From Candidatus Zixiibacteriota bacterium (GTDB lineage Bacteria; Zixibacteria; MSB-5A5; UBA10806; 4484-95): a DNA stretch of 64,000 nt. The translations under genes and the position numbers were made by a program. The stretch is from contig JBBIRK010000001.1 of assembly GCA_037441845.1 (NCBI GenBank), positions 401,284-465,283 of the forward strand, given 5' to 3'. Below, piece by piece: positions 20,792 through 30,385 of this stretch (positions within the stretch are counted from its first letter, which is position 1; each line of letters starts with the position of its first letter). The notes beneath the pieces were generated by a model. That model saw nothing but the letters and a program-made list of their open reading frames with translations. It ran no database searches and was not told the DNA's origin.

Positions 20792-22474
20792 ATGGACAAG
20801 AAAGCGATAATCGGTTTCGTGCTGTTAATGTTGCTATTAATACTTTGGCCGTATTGGAATCGTCTTTTCTATAATCCGCCGCCGGCTGCCCCATCGGATA
20901 CCACATCCGCCACCCCGCCTGTCGATACAATGAAAGCAGAAACTGCGCCGCCTCCCAATCCGACTTCGGCCAGCGAACCGGAAATATTTGTGGAGCCTCC
21001 TGCCGAACCTGAACGTCTGATTCGAGTCGAGAACGAGGATTTTATCGCGGTTTTTTCCTCTTACGGCGGGCTTCTGAAGTCATTCCAATTGAAAAAATAC
21101 CAGACGGAAGCCCAGGGAAACGGTCAAGGGCCGGTAATGCTGGTCGATTCGACCCTGACATCGATCGTGGGCTTTCCCGGAGCCTTGACCATAACGGCCG
21201 ATGATTCGCCTCATCGCGTAAATCACCTTGCTTGCGAAATCGAGGGCTCCGATATCGTTTTGAGGAAAGGCGATCCGCCGGCAAAATTGGCGTTCGTGGT
21301 CCGCGGTCCCGATGACAGCTATTTAAGGCGCGAATATCAATTTCCCGCCCGTGGATATCGATATACCGTTTCCGTGGAAATAAAAAAACCGGCCGCGTTC
21401 GGTCTGGATAAGAAGATAACTTTCGGCTGGTTCAGGGCGATCATGCCGACGGAAAAAGATTTCAGGGAAGACCTCGGCAAGTTCGCCGCGTTCTACAACA
21501 TGGGCGGCGAAGTGGTCGAACACGATAAAATCGACAAAGAACACACCAGCCAGGTCTTCACCGGCAGTTCCCGCTGGGTGGCGGTAAGAACCAAGTATTT
21601 CGTCAACGCCATAATCGCTGGAACGCTCGAGGGAAACGAAGTTACGATAAACGGCACTCAGGCGACGCTTACCGGATTCGACAAGAAACAGCACGGCTGG
21701 AAAAAATTCGGTGCGGGCATCAGCTACGAAATAAAGGGAGATTCATTCGCGGCCGATTTCCAGATCTTCAGCGGACCGCTCGATTACTATATGCTGGAGG
21801 ATATCGGATTCGCGCTCGGAAAGTTGGTGGATCTTGGCTGGTCGCCGTTTCGGCCGTTCGCTATCGCCATTCTATGGATTTTCGTGAAACTGCACAAAAT
21901 TCTGTTCAATTACGGAATCGTCATAATCGTTTTCTCTATACTCATGAAACTCGCTTTCTGGCCTCTCACCCGCAAAAGCTCAACTTCAATGTATCGGATG
22001 AAGGAGCTTACGCCGAAACTGCAGGAATTACGCGCCCGCTATAAGGACGACCCCCAGAAAATGAACATGGAGACTATGAAGCTTTACCGCGAATTCGGTG
22101 TCAACCCGTTCAGCTCGTGCCTGCCGCTGCTGATCCAGTTGCCGATTTTCTGGGCCTTGTTCTCGGTGCTCAAGAATTCGATCGAGATGCGGGCGGCCGA
22201 ATTGATACTTTGGATAACCGACCTTTCGCAGAAAGATCCCTACTATGTGCTGCCGATCATCATGGGGATTTCCATGTATATTCAGCAAAAACTGACGATA
22301 ACCGACCCGAAACAGAAGTTGCTGGTATATTTCATGCCGATCCTTTTCACTTTCTTGTTCGCTCAGTGGCCGTCGGGGCTGGTGCTCTATTGGACCGTCT
22401 TCAACGTCGTCAGCATTTTCGAGCAACTCAGCATAAAGCGAAAACTCGAAGCGGAAAAAGCGATCGCCTCATAG
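20792..22474 (+). CDS. yidC: Membrane protein insertase YidC
   Basis: Periplasmic domain then NYGIVII, GVNPFSSCLPLLIQLPI, WITDLS, GLVLYW. Confidence 0.96.
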   Translation: MDKKAIIGFVLLMLLLILWPYWNRLFYNPPPAAPSDTTSATPPVDTMKAETAPPPNPTSASEPEIFVEPPAEPERLIRVENEDFIAVFSSYGGLLKSFQLKKYQTEAQGNGQGPVMLVDSTLTSIVGFPGALTITADDSPHRVNHLACEIEGSDIVLRKGDPPAKLAFVVRGPDDSYLRREYQFPARGYRYTVSVEIKKPAAFGLDKKITFGWFRAIMPTEKDFREDLGKFAAFYNMGGEVVEHDKIDKEHTSQVFTGSSRWVAVRTKYFVNAIIAGTLEGNEVTINGTQATLTGFDKKQHGWKKFGAGISYEIKGDSFAADFQIFSGPLDYYMLEDIGFALGKLVDLGWSPFRPFAIAILWIFVKLHKILFNYGIVIIVFSILMKLAFWPLTRKSSTSMYRMKELTPKLQELRARYKDDPQKMNMETMKLYREFGVNPFSSCLPLLIQLPIFWALFSVLKNSIEMRAAELILWITDLSQKDPYYVLPIIMGISMYIQQKLTITDPKQKLLVYFMPILFTFLFAQWPSGLVLYWTVFNVVSIFEQLSIKRKLEAEKAIAS

Positions 22475-22636
22475 CTGAAATTCCGGCACGGACCGATCGC
22501 CCATAAGTAGATATTAGAGCATAACATAAAAGAGCGCTGTTATCCGACCCGCTGGCGATGGCATTTTATACCATGCGCAATTGAGATGCGCTCTTTTTGG
22601 AGCTCAGGTAAATTCAATCCCAAGGATAAGCCCGAT

Positions 22637-23635
22637 TCATTCCTTCACGTCTTGCAGAAGCCGGTCCACTATCGCAAGCGCATTCACACCCTCGGCCTCC
22701 GCCGCGAACGAGGTTACGATACGATGTCGCAACACCGGCCGCGCCACCGCTCTGACATCATCGATCGAGGGAGTGGGGCGTCCATAAAGCACCGCCCTGG
22801 TTTTAGCGCCAAGTATAAGATACTGGGAGGCGCGAGGCCCGGCGCCCCAGGTCACCCAATTTCTGATATAGTCGGGAACGGAACCGTCGTGGCTCCGCCG
22901 CGTCGCTCGGGCAAGTCGCACCGCAAATGCAATGACGTGATCCGAAACCGGAACTCTTCGCACAAGCCCTTGCAGGTCGAGAATCTCCTCGGCTTTCATG
23001 ATGACATCGACGTTCGATTGATAGGCGGAGGTCGTCTTTCTCACGATTTCGTTTTCCTGTTCCTCGGATGGATAATCGACCGAAATGTTGAACATGAAAC
23101 GATCGAGCTGGGCCTCGGGCAAAGGATATGTCCCCTCGAGTTCGATAGGATTCTGGGTCGCCAGCACGAAAAACGGTTGATCAAGCTTATAGGTCGACCC
23201 GGCGGCGGTCACTTCGTTTTCCTGCATCGCCTGCAAGAGAGCCGCCTGTGTCTTTGGCGGTGTCCGATTGATTTCATCGGCCAGCACGATATTGGCGAAA
23301 ACCGGCCCCTTGATGAACCTGAACTCCCGGGTTCCGCTGCTTCGATTTTCCTCTATCAGTTCGGTTCCGGTTATATCCGATGGCATCAAATCGGGGGTGA
23401 ATTGAATGCGAGCGAATTTCAAATCCAGAGTCTTGGCAAGAGTGGAAATCATCAGAGTCTTGGCTAATCCCGGAACACCCACCAAAAGGCAATGGCCTCG
23501 GGCAAGAATCGCGATTAAAAGCTCTTCAATCACTCTATCCTGGCCGACTATGACCTTGCCGAGTTCGGATTTTATCCGCCCGAACCCTTCTTTCAACCGC
23601 TCCATGGTCTCGAGATCGCGTTTATCGGAAACCAT
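22637..23635 (-). CDS. MoxR-family AAA+ ATPase
   Basis: GVPGLAKT, RIQFTPDLMPSDITG, DEINRTPPKTQAALL, ATQNPIELEGTYPLPEAQLDRF. Confidence 0.93.
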   Translation of the reverse strand: MVSDKRDLETMERLKEGFGRIKSELGKVIVGQDRVIEELLIAILARGHCLLVGVPGLAKTLMISTLAKTLDLKFARIQFTPDLMPSDITGTELIEENRSSGTREFRFIKGPVFANIVLADEINRTPPKTQAALLQAMQENEVTAAGSTYKLDQPFFVLATQNPIELEGTYPLPEAQLDRFMFNISVDYPSEEQENEIVRKTTSAYQSNVDVIMKAEEILDLQGLVRRVPVSDHVIAFAVRLARATRRSHDGSVPDYIRNWVTWGAGPRASQYLILGAKTRAVLYGRPTPSIDDVRAVARPVLRHRIVTSFAAEAEGVNALAIVDRLLQDVKE

Positions 23636-23749
23636 TTATCCTCCAATTTTCTATAAAGGCGCGATTATATCCGAACTCGGAATATAAACCGCCTGAGGTT
23701 CGCTTGCGCATATTATACGCACGGGCGCTGACCTAAAAAACAGCTTTTT

Positions 23750-25186
23750 TCATCTTTGGCTATTTTTGGCTCTTCGGCCGAAAATCATTTCCCGCAACGT
23801 CAACGCTATTATTTTCAGATCGAACACCAACGACCAGTTTTCCACATAATACAAGTCATACCGGGTTCTTTCGTTTATCGAGGTATCGCCTCGAAACCCG
23901 TTTACCTGCGCCCAACCGGTCATGCCCGATTTGACCCGATGACGCTGGAAATATCGCGGTATCCCCTCGCGGAACTTTTCCACAAACGACGGCTGCTCCG
24001 GCCGCGGCCCGACCAGACTCATCTGCCCAGCCAGCACGTTGACCAACTGCGGCAACTCATCGATATTGCTTTTGCGCAAAATGCGTCCAACCCTGGTCTG
24101 CCGGGGATCGTTATCCACGGTCCAGGCAGGTGGTGCATTGGGCGCATATTTCATGGTGCGAAGTTTGAATATCCAGAATTCGCGGCCGTCCCGTCCCAGC
24201 CTCTGCTGCCGATAAAAAACCGGCCCGCGTGAATCGAGCTTGATCAGCGGCGCTACGACCACGAGTATCGGCAAAAATATAATCAACCCGACCAGCGATC
24301 CGATTATATCCAACACTCGTTTGAGCAACCGGGAATACCCCTCAAGCGGCGTTTTGCCCCAGCGGATCAGCGGTATCCCCTCTATCTGCAAGGTCTCGGC
24401 CCTGCTGGTTATCAATCCGAGAGTCCCTGGAATCATCATATATTCCAGATGCAGATGGTCGATTTCGAGAATAAGTTGCTCAATGATTCGGTTTTTCTCC
24501 GGTGGAATCGAAAAAATCAGCATATCGATTCGGTATCGTTCGATCAACTCCCCGAGTTCATCGATATTCCCAAGTTTTGGCAAATGCCCCTCGAAATTCG
24601 TTATCTCCGCGGTATCGCCGTTATCATCGGCCACAGCCAGCCCGACGAATCCGATCGGCTCAATTCCCCAAGCGGGCTGAAGCCGCAATTTTTGTCCGAG
24701 GAGCCGGCCCGGCTGCTCATCTCCCACAATTATAGCCCGTTTGACGCCGCGCCCGGAACGCAGCAGGGCAAGTTCCAATCGATAACAGGATTCGCGCAGA
24801 AAAAATATGACTACAAGAGAAATCCCCCAGCCATATGCCATCACTAGCCGGGAGAAACTTTCGCCGCGATAAAAAAAGGTGGTGGCAAGAATAATCAACG
24901 TGCCTATGGTTACGCCTCTTGCGGTTTCATAAAATCGATCGAACGAGGACGGGCTCCGCTTGCGGTAATGTCCGAGCAAGCCGAATATCAAAACCCAGAC
25001 CAGCGCGACATATATGATCGCTTGAAAATAAACTCCGAGATCGGGAATTCCCCGAGTCACCGGAAAAATCTTGGTGGCGATCGAGAAAAATCTCATCTGG
25101 AACGCCAGATAAAAACCAATCAGCGTGCCTGACAGATCCGCGGCGATATAAATTAGCGGAAGGAAATATCGTGTATGTTTGGTCAT
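23750..25186 (-). CDS. Undecaprenyl-phosphate sugar phosphotransferase (WcaJ/WbaP-like)
   Basis: N-terminal TMs; KRVLDI, FKLRTM, DELPQLVNVLAGQMSLVGPRPE, GMTGWAQVNG. Confidence 0.92.
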   Translation of the reverse strand: MTKHTRYFLPLIYIAADLSGTLIGFYLAFQMRFFSIATKIFPVTRGIPDLGVYFQAIIYVALVWVLIFGLLGHYRKRSPSSFDRFYETARGVTIGTLIILATTFFYRGESFSRLVMAYGWGISLVVIFFLRESCYRLELALLRSGRGVKRAIIVGDEQPGRLLGQKLRLQPAWGIEPIGFVGLAVADDNGDTAEITNFEGHLPKLGNIDELGELIERYRIDMLIFSIPPEKNRIIEQLILEIDHLHLEYMMIPGTLGLITSRAETLQIEGIPLIRWGKTPLEGYSRLLKRVLDIIGSLVGLIIFLPILVVVAPLIKLDSRGPVFYRQQRLGRDGREFWIFKLRTMKYAPNAPPAWTVDNDPRQTRVGRILRKSNIDELPQLVNVLAGQMSLVGPRPEQPSFVEKFREGIPRYFQRHRVKSGMTGWAQVNGFRGDTSINERTRYDLYYVENWSLVFDLKIIALTLREMIFGRRAKNSQR

Positions 25187-26352
25187 TTCAGAAGGCGGGC
25201 CTCGAGTTCGAATTTCCCCTCGCTGCGGAAAATGCCGACCGCATCGATCATGAACGATTTGAATTTCTCTAAAAATGTTTCCCGAGAAAAACGCAGCGCA
25301 TTATTCCTTATCGCAACGGGATCGAAAGTCATGTTTTCGAATTTTTCGATCGCCCTGCGTAGCTCCTCTTCCGCCTGTGTTCCGAAAAAAACTCCGGTGG
25401 CCGATTTCGAATCGGCCGCCTCGGCCGTTCCCCCGGGTCCGATAACGGTTTCACGCACTCCCCCTTCGGCCAAAGCGATCACCGGACGCCCGCAGGCTTG
25501 CGCCTCCACCGGGACGATGCCGAAATCCTCGACGCCGGGGAAAATCAGAGCGCGGCAATTGCGATAGTACTCCCTCAGTTCATCGTTATCGACCCAACCG
25601 GCGAAGCTGATATTCCGGCCGGCCATTCCGGCAAGCGTTCCCAGCATCGGACCATCGCCGACCACGACCAGTTTTCGTTTCGTTTGCGAAAATACTCTTA
25701 CGGCGAGATCGACCCGTTTATACGGCACCAAAGCGCTGACTATAAGGTAGTAGTCTTCCGAGGGCTTTGCGGCCGGCGTAAAAAAATCGGTGTCCACCGG
25801 CGGATAAATCACGAATGAATCACGTCCGTAATAATTCTTGATCCGCATCGAAACGTATTGCGAATCGGCGATGAAAAGGTCGGCCCTTCCGGCGGTCGCC
25901 ACATCCCAACGCCGCAACCATCGACAGATATGCTTGATAAATTGATAGCGCAGAGGATTTATCGATTCTTTCGGGAAATAGTCGGCGAAACGATCCCAGA
26001 TATACCTCATCGGCGAAAAACAATAGCAAACGTGAAGCGTGTTCTTGCCGGTCTTTGCGCCTTTGGCCACGCAGTGCGAACACGAGATCACCAAATCGAA
26101 ATTACGAAAATCGAACCGCTCTATTGCTATCGGGAAAAGCGGAAGGTAATGTCGATAATGTTTCCTACGCAGCGGAAGATGTTGAATGAATGAGGTCTTG
26201 ATCTCATGCCGCTTGAGTTCTGCCGATAAATGTTCCGGATCGCTGAAAAGCGTGTAAATTCTGGCCTCCGGGAAAATGCCGGCGATCGCCTGCAAGACTT
26301 TTTCGCCGCCTCGCATTCCATTGAGCCAATCGTGAACCAGCGCTACTCTCAT
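25183..26352 (-). CDS. GT4 glycosyltransferase (WbaZ-like)
   Basis: VALVHDWLNGMRGGEKV; EDFGIVPVEAQACGRPV. Confidence 0.9.
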   Translation of the reverse strand: MRVALVHDWLNGMRGGEKVLQAIAGIFPEARIYTLFSDPEHLSAELKRHEIKTSFIQHLPLRRKHYRHYLPLFPIAIERFDFRNFDLVISCSHCVAKGAKTGKNTLHVCYCFSPMRYIWDRFADYFPKESINPLRYQFIKHICRWLRRWDVATAGRADLFIADSQYVSMRIKNYYGRDSFVIYPPVDTDFFTPAAKPSEDYYLIVSALVPYKRVDLAVRVFSQTKRKLVVVGDGPMLGTLAGMAGRNISFAGWVDNDELREYYRNCRALIFPGVEDFGIVPVEAQACGRPVIALAEGGVRETVIGPGGTAEAADSKSATGVFFGTQAEEELRRAIEKFENMTFDPVAIRNNALRFSRETFLEKFKSFMIDAVGIFRSEGKFELEARLLK

Positions 26353-26359
26353 GGCCCGG

Positions 26360-27481
26360 CTAAATCAACTTTCTATAGGCGGCCAACGCCTCCGCGGCTA
26401 TTCGATCGTTATTGAATTCAGCCACCTGGTCTGCACATCGATCATGTAATATGCGCCAAAGTGAATCGTCATAGGCGAGCTTTTTCATGGCCGCCGCGAT
26501 CGCCTCGACGTCATACGAATCGACCAACAAACCGGCGTCGCCGACCACTTCCGGAAGCGACGAGTTGTCACCCGCGATTACCGGCGTGCCGCACCTTATC
26601 GACTCGAGTAAAGGCATGCCGAAACCCTCATACAGCGATGGATATATCAAATAACGAGCCCCGTTGTAAACCGCAACCAGGTCATCATCCGGCAAATAGC
26701 CGAGTTTCATTATTCGCTTACCAAAAGCCGAGCCATCTATCCGCTCGTGAATCTCCCGATTCGACCACCCCGGGGCGCCTGCGATAACCAGAGCGTAATC
26801 ATCGGCTATTCCCGACCGTTCATAAGCCTCCACGAGGCGAACCAGATTTTTTCGGGGTTCGATATTTCCTACAAACAGAATATACGGGCTATTCAGTCCG
26901 AATCGATCCAGGACGAGCCCGAGCTCTTCACCTTCGATTCTTCGATATGTTTCGGAAATTACCGGATAAATAATCTCGACTTTCTCCGGCTGCACGCCCA
27001 GCATTTCGATTACGTCTTTCTTCGTATTCGCCGAATCTGCCCAGATCTGGTCGGCGCGGGCGCAATAATCGCGGATCTTTCTGGCGAAATGAATGCGGGC
27101 GCCCTTATTGGCGAATTCAGGAAAAATAAGAAACGACAAATCGTGAATAGTGATTACTCTCCGGGCTTGCCTTGCCGGTATCAAGGTATAATTCGTTGAA
27201 TGGACTATATCCGCTTCGCCGAAGAAGTATTCCACCGGCGGCCGGCCGGCAAAAGCCCACAGGGCGCTTATCAAGCGATTCGGCAATTCGATAAAGTAGT
27301 CATGAGTGCGGTTATCATTCCAGCGAACTATATATCCGTTTTTCTTATTGTATCGACCATAAAGCATCTTCAGAGTGATATCATCTCCGGATTTGAGAAT
27401 CGCCTTAATCAGATTCAACGTATACTGCCCGACTCCCGAGTTGGTCGCACTCATCAAGCGCATATCATAACCGATTATCAT
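26360..27481 (-). CDS. GT4 glycosyltransferase
   Basis: TIHDL, GNIEPRKN, PSLYEGFGMPLLE. Confidence 0.9.
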   Translation of the reverse strand: MIIGYDMRLMSATNSGVGQYTLNLIKAILKSGDDITLKMLYGRYNKKNGYIVRWNDNRTHDYFIELPNRLISALWAFAGRPPVEYFFGEADIVHSTNYTLIPARQARRVITIHDLSFLIFPEFANKGARIHFARKIRDYCARADQIWADSANTKKDVIEMLGVQPEKVEIIYPVISETYRRIEGEELGLVLDRFGLNSPYILFVGNIEPRKNLVRLVEAYERSGIADDYALVIAGAPGWSNREIHERIDGSAFGKRIMKLGYLPDDDLVAVYNGARYLIYPSLYEGFGMPLLESIRCGTPVIAGDNSSLPEVVGDAGLLVDSYDVEAIAAAMKKLAYDDSLWRILHDRCADQVAEFNNDRIAAEALAAYRKLI

Positions 27482-27609
27482 CGACCCTTGCTCCGTAAAC
27501 CATGATTTTCGGGATCGATTGAGCCGACGTCATTAAAACCTTCCGTATTCCTCCCGGGGAGACAATTGGTCATTCGAAGGCACTCACTCGACAAACGCTT
27601 CAACATCAT
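27478..27609 (-). CDS. Putative 43-aa mini-ORF translationally coupled on both sides
   Basis: MMLKRLSSECLRMTNCLPGRNTEGFNDVGSIDPENHGLRSKGR; start overlaps the wzx stop (ATGA) and stop overlaps the GT4 start (ATGA). Confidence 0.4.
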   Translation of the reverse strand: MMLKRLSSECLRMTNCLPGRNTEGFNDVGSIDPENHGLRSKGR

Positions 27610-29056
27610 CCCTCGATCGTGTTTTTTTTCCATAATCGCGATGCCATACGAAAATCGTCTCGGCGTAATCCTCCGAATAAGGTTAAGAGTACGATTACGA
27701 TTATTGCGCCTATGGCGATTCGAACAATCAAAGGCCATGCGTCAGTTCGTACTAAAAATACCGCCATCGCCGCCAACGCCGGCGCCAACGGTAATATCCA
27801 GACGAATAGAACCCGCACCGGCAAATGTCTCCTTAAAAAAAGAAATCCCCCTATCCACGAGACCGACTCCGATACCACGGCGGTGACCGCCGCTCCGTAT
27901 CTGCCAAACGACGGCACCAACAAGGCGTTCAGAATAAAGTTGACCGCCGTAGCGGCGGCCACCACGATAAGCAGCTTTTTTTTCATATTGCGGGCGACCA
28001 GATGTGTCCCCTGAAGAGAGGTCATGAACATCAAAGCCAGTGCCCAGATCAAAATTTGCAGAACGGGCACGGCCGGCAAGTAGGAGTCCGGATAAAGCAA
28101 ATCGAAAATCGGCCCGGCCAGCAACGTCACTCCGGCGGCGGCGGAAAATCCGAAATAAAACATATACATATAAGCCCGATGGTAAAGGACGTCCAGTCGC
28201 TCTGGCTCCTTTTCGGTATATTCCGACATACGCGGCAAGACCGTCATCGAAAAAGTGGCTGGCAGCAACAACAGGCTGTTTATGATCGAATACGCCGAAT
28301 TATAATAGCCGACCTCTAAATCACCGCGAAAATGCGAAAGGAAAATAAACGAAGCTCTATAATAAAGCATGGTCAGCAGAGCCGTCACTCCAAGTGGAGC
28401 GGCCGCTCTGATCACCGTCTTTGCGCGCTCCAACGACCAGGCAAATGCAATGGGTGCGATTCTAAAATGCACCACCAGGGCGATTCCGGCGGAACAAATC
28501 AGGGCCGAGCCTAATTGCGCGCCGCCGATCCCCACGATTCCCAGACCGGCCGCAAGCACCGCCAGCCCCGAAAGCGTATTGACGCTCTGGGTGATAAGTG
28601 ACAGCAGGCTATATAATCTGAACCGTTCGAATCCGGATATCGTGCTGGTGAACGCCCCCGCCAGCGTCGTAAAGGTCATGGCGCCCGCCAAAAGCCAAAT
28701 GAGCTTGCGAACGTCCGGCGGCTTATCGATAGCTATCGATAACGGCAACAATATCGCCAGGGAGACAACCACAAGCAGCGCCCTGGCGAATAAAGCATCG
28801 GCAAGTAAACCGCTGACGTTGCCGCTCCTTCTGATTATCGCGACCTGACGCGTCTGATAGGTGCTTATGCCAAATTCAGAAAAGATGGCGAAAAAGGCGA
28901 CCAAAGAAACCGCGAATCCGAATTGCCCGAATTGCTCGACGCCGAGGATGCGAGCCGCGTAAAGGGTAAAAAAAAAGATAAAATTTTAACGGCTATCTGC
29001 CCGGCTATCATTATCAAAGAATTGCCGGCGAGGCTGCGCTTCCCATTGTCGGTCAT
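27606..29056 (-). pseudogene. Wzx/MOP-family flippase, frameshifted at a T9 tract (28968-28976)
   Basis: ATG 29056 overlaps the gmhA stop. Adding one T to the tract fuses the two ORFs into 483 aa reading ...VKILSFFFTLYAARILGVEQFGQFGFAVSLVAFF... Confidence 0.85.
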
Positions 29057-29643
29057 CGATTGAAAAGCTCCATTTCCACCAAGCCTATCATGACGTGCCC
29101 GATCGCTATATGCGCCTCTTGAATTCTCTGGACGTCGGCGGAGGGAACGCAAAGGGTGATATCCGTCAATCCTTTCAATTTGCCTCCGTCACCGCCGAGG
29201 AAGGCAATACTACGGACGCTCATTTTTCGCGCCGTATCCACCGCCTTGATCACGTTCGCGGAATTGCCCGAGGTGGATAATGCAACTAACAAATCCCCCG
29301 AAACGGCGAGCGCCTCGACCTGTCGGGAAAATATCGACTCGAATCCGAAATCGTTGCCGGCGGCGGTCAGAACCGAGGTGTCGGTGGTCAAGGCGAGCGC
29401 CGGAAGAGCCGGGCGATCGAACGAGCTGGACAGCCTCACCACGATTTCCGTGGCTAAATGCTGGCTGTCGGCCGCGGATCCACCATTGCCGCAGAACATT
29501 ATCTTCCCTCCGGCCTTAATCGTATCGGCCATCAGCAGAGCGGCGCTTTCGATCGCTGCGCACAAAGTATCGGCGCAGGCCTGTTTAACGGCCGCCGACT
29601 CCCTCAATTGATTTTCGATAAATCGCTGTCTGCTAATTTCCAT
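29053..29643 (-). CDS. gmhA: D-sedoheptulose-7-phosphate isomerase
   Basis: CGNGGSAADSQH, GNDFGF, STSGNS, RIQEAH. Confidence 0.95.
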   Translation of the reverse strand: MEISRQRFIENQLRESAAVKQACADTLCAAIESAALLMADTIKAGGKIMFCGNGGSAADSQHLATEIVVRLSSSFDRPALPALALTTDTSVLTAAGNDFGFESIFSRQVEALAVSGDLLVALSTSGNSANVIKAVDTARKMSVRSIAFLGGDGGKLKGLTDITLCVPSADVQRIQEAHIAIGHVMIGLVEMELFNR

Positions 29644-29647
29644 CGCC

Positions 29648-30385
29648 CTAACGCAAATGAATAGCCCTGGCGAACGACCTGACCAAATTGGGTGAATCCT
29701 CGAGGGCGTTTCCGATCACCACAAAAGATGCTCCCGCGCACGCCAGATCGTGGGCCGTATTTTCATCTCTTATACCTCCGCCTACAATCACCGGTATATC
29801 CACATATTCACATACCTGCCTGACCATTTCCACCGGCACGTGCCTTTTGGCGCCCGAACCGGCCTCGAGATAAACGAGCTTCATCCCGAGATACTGGCCG
29901 GCAAGGGCATGAGCGCGGGCTATGTCCGGCTTGTCGCTGGGTATGGGGAAAGTATTGGAAATATACGAAACCGCGGTATGCACCCCCGATTCGATCAGCA
30001 TATAGGCGGTCGGGATCGGCTCCAGCCCGATCTGTTTAAGCGCAGGCGCCGCTTTAACCTGCTCACTTATGAGCAAATCGGGGTTGCGCCCGGAAATCAT
30101 CGATAAGAAAAGTATGGCATCCGCGTGCCGTGATACCATTGCCGACGAACCCGGGAAAATAATCACCGGTCTTTTGACGGCGTTCTTGACCGCCCGCAGA
30201 GATTTCTCGAAATGGTTGGCGATCAAAATCGACGAACCGAAAAGAAACGCATCGACCCCTGCTTTCTCGCACGAGGAAGCGAAAGAGACCAGGTTGCGCG
30301 GCGATAGGCGATCCGGATCGAGCAAGACCAAAAACCCGCATCCGCGGCGCTCCTTTATCGCCAGCAACTTATTATAGGTGGTCAT
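29648..30385 (-). CDS. Geranylgeranylglyceryl phosphate synthase family (group II-like)
   Basis: LLDPD, IIFPG, FLSMISGRNP, YLEAGSGA, VGGGIR, VIGN. Confidence 0.88.
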   Translation of the reverse strand: MTTYNKLLAIKERRGCGFLVLLDPDRLSPRNLVSFASSCEKAGVDAFLFGSSILIANHFEKSLRAVKNAVKRPVIIFPGSSAMVSRHADAILFLSMISGRNPDLLISEQVKAAPALKQIGLEPIPTAYMLIESGVHTAVSYISNTFPIPSDKPDIARAHALAGQYLGMKLVYLEAGSGAKRHVPVEMVRQVCEYVDIPVIVGGGIRDENTAHDLACAGASFVVIGNALEDSPNLVRSFARAIHLR

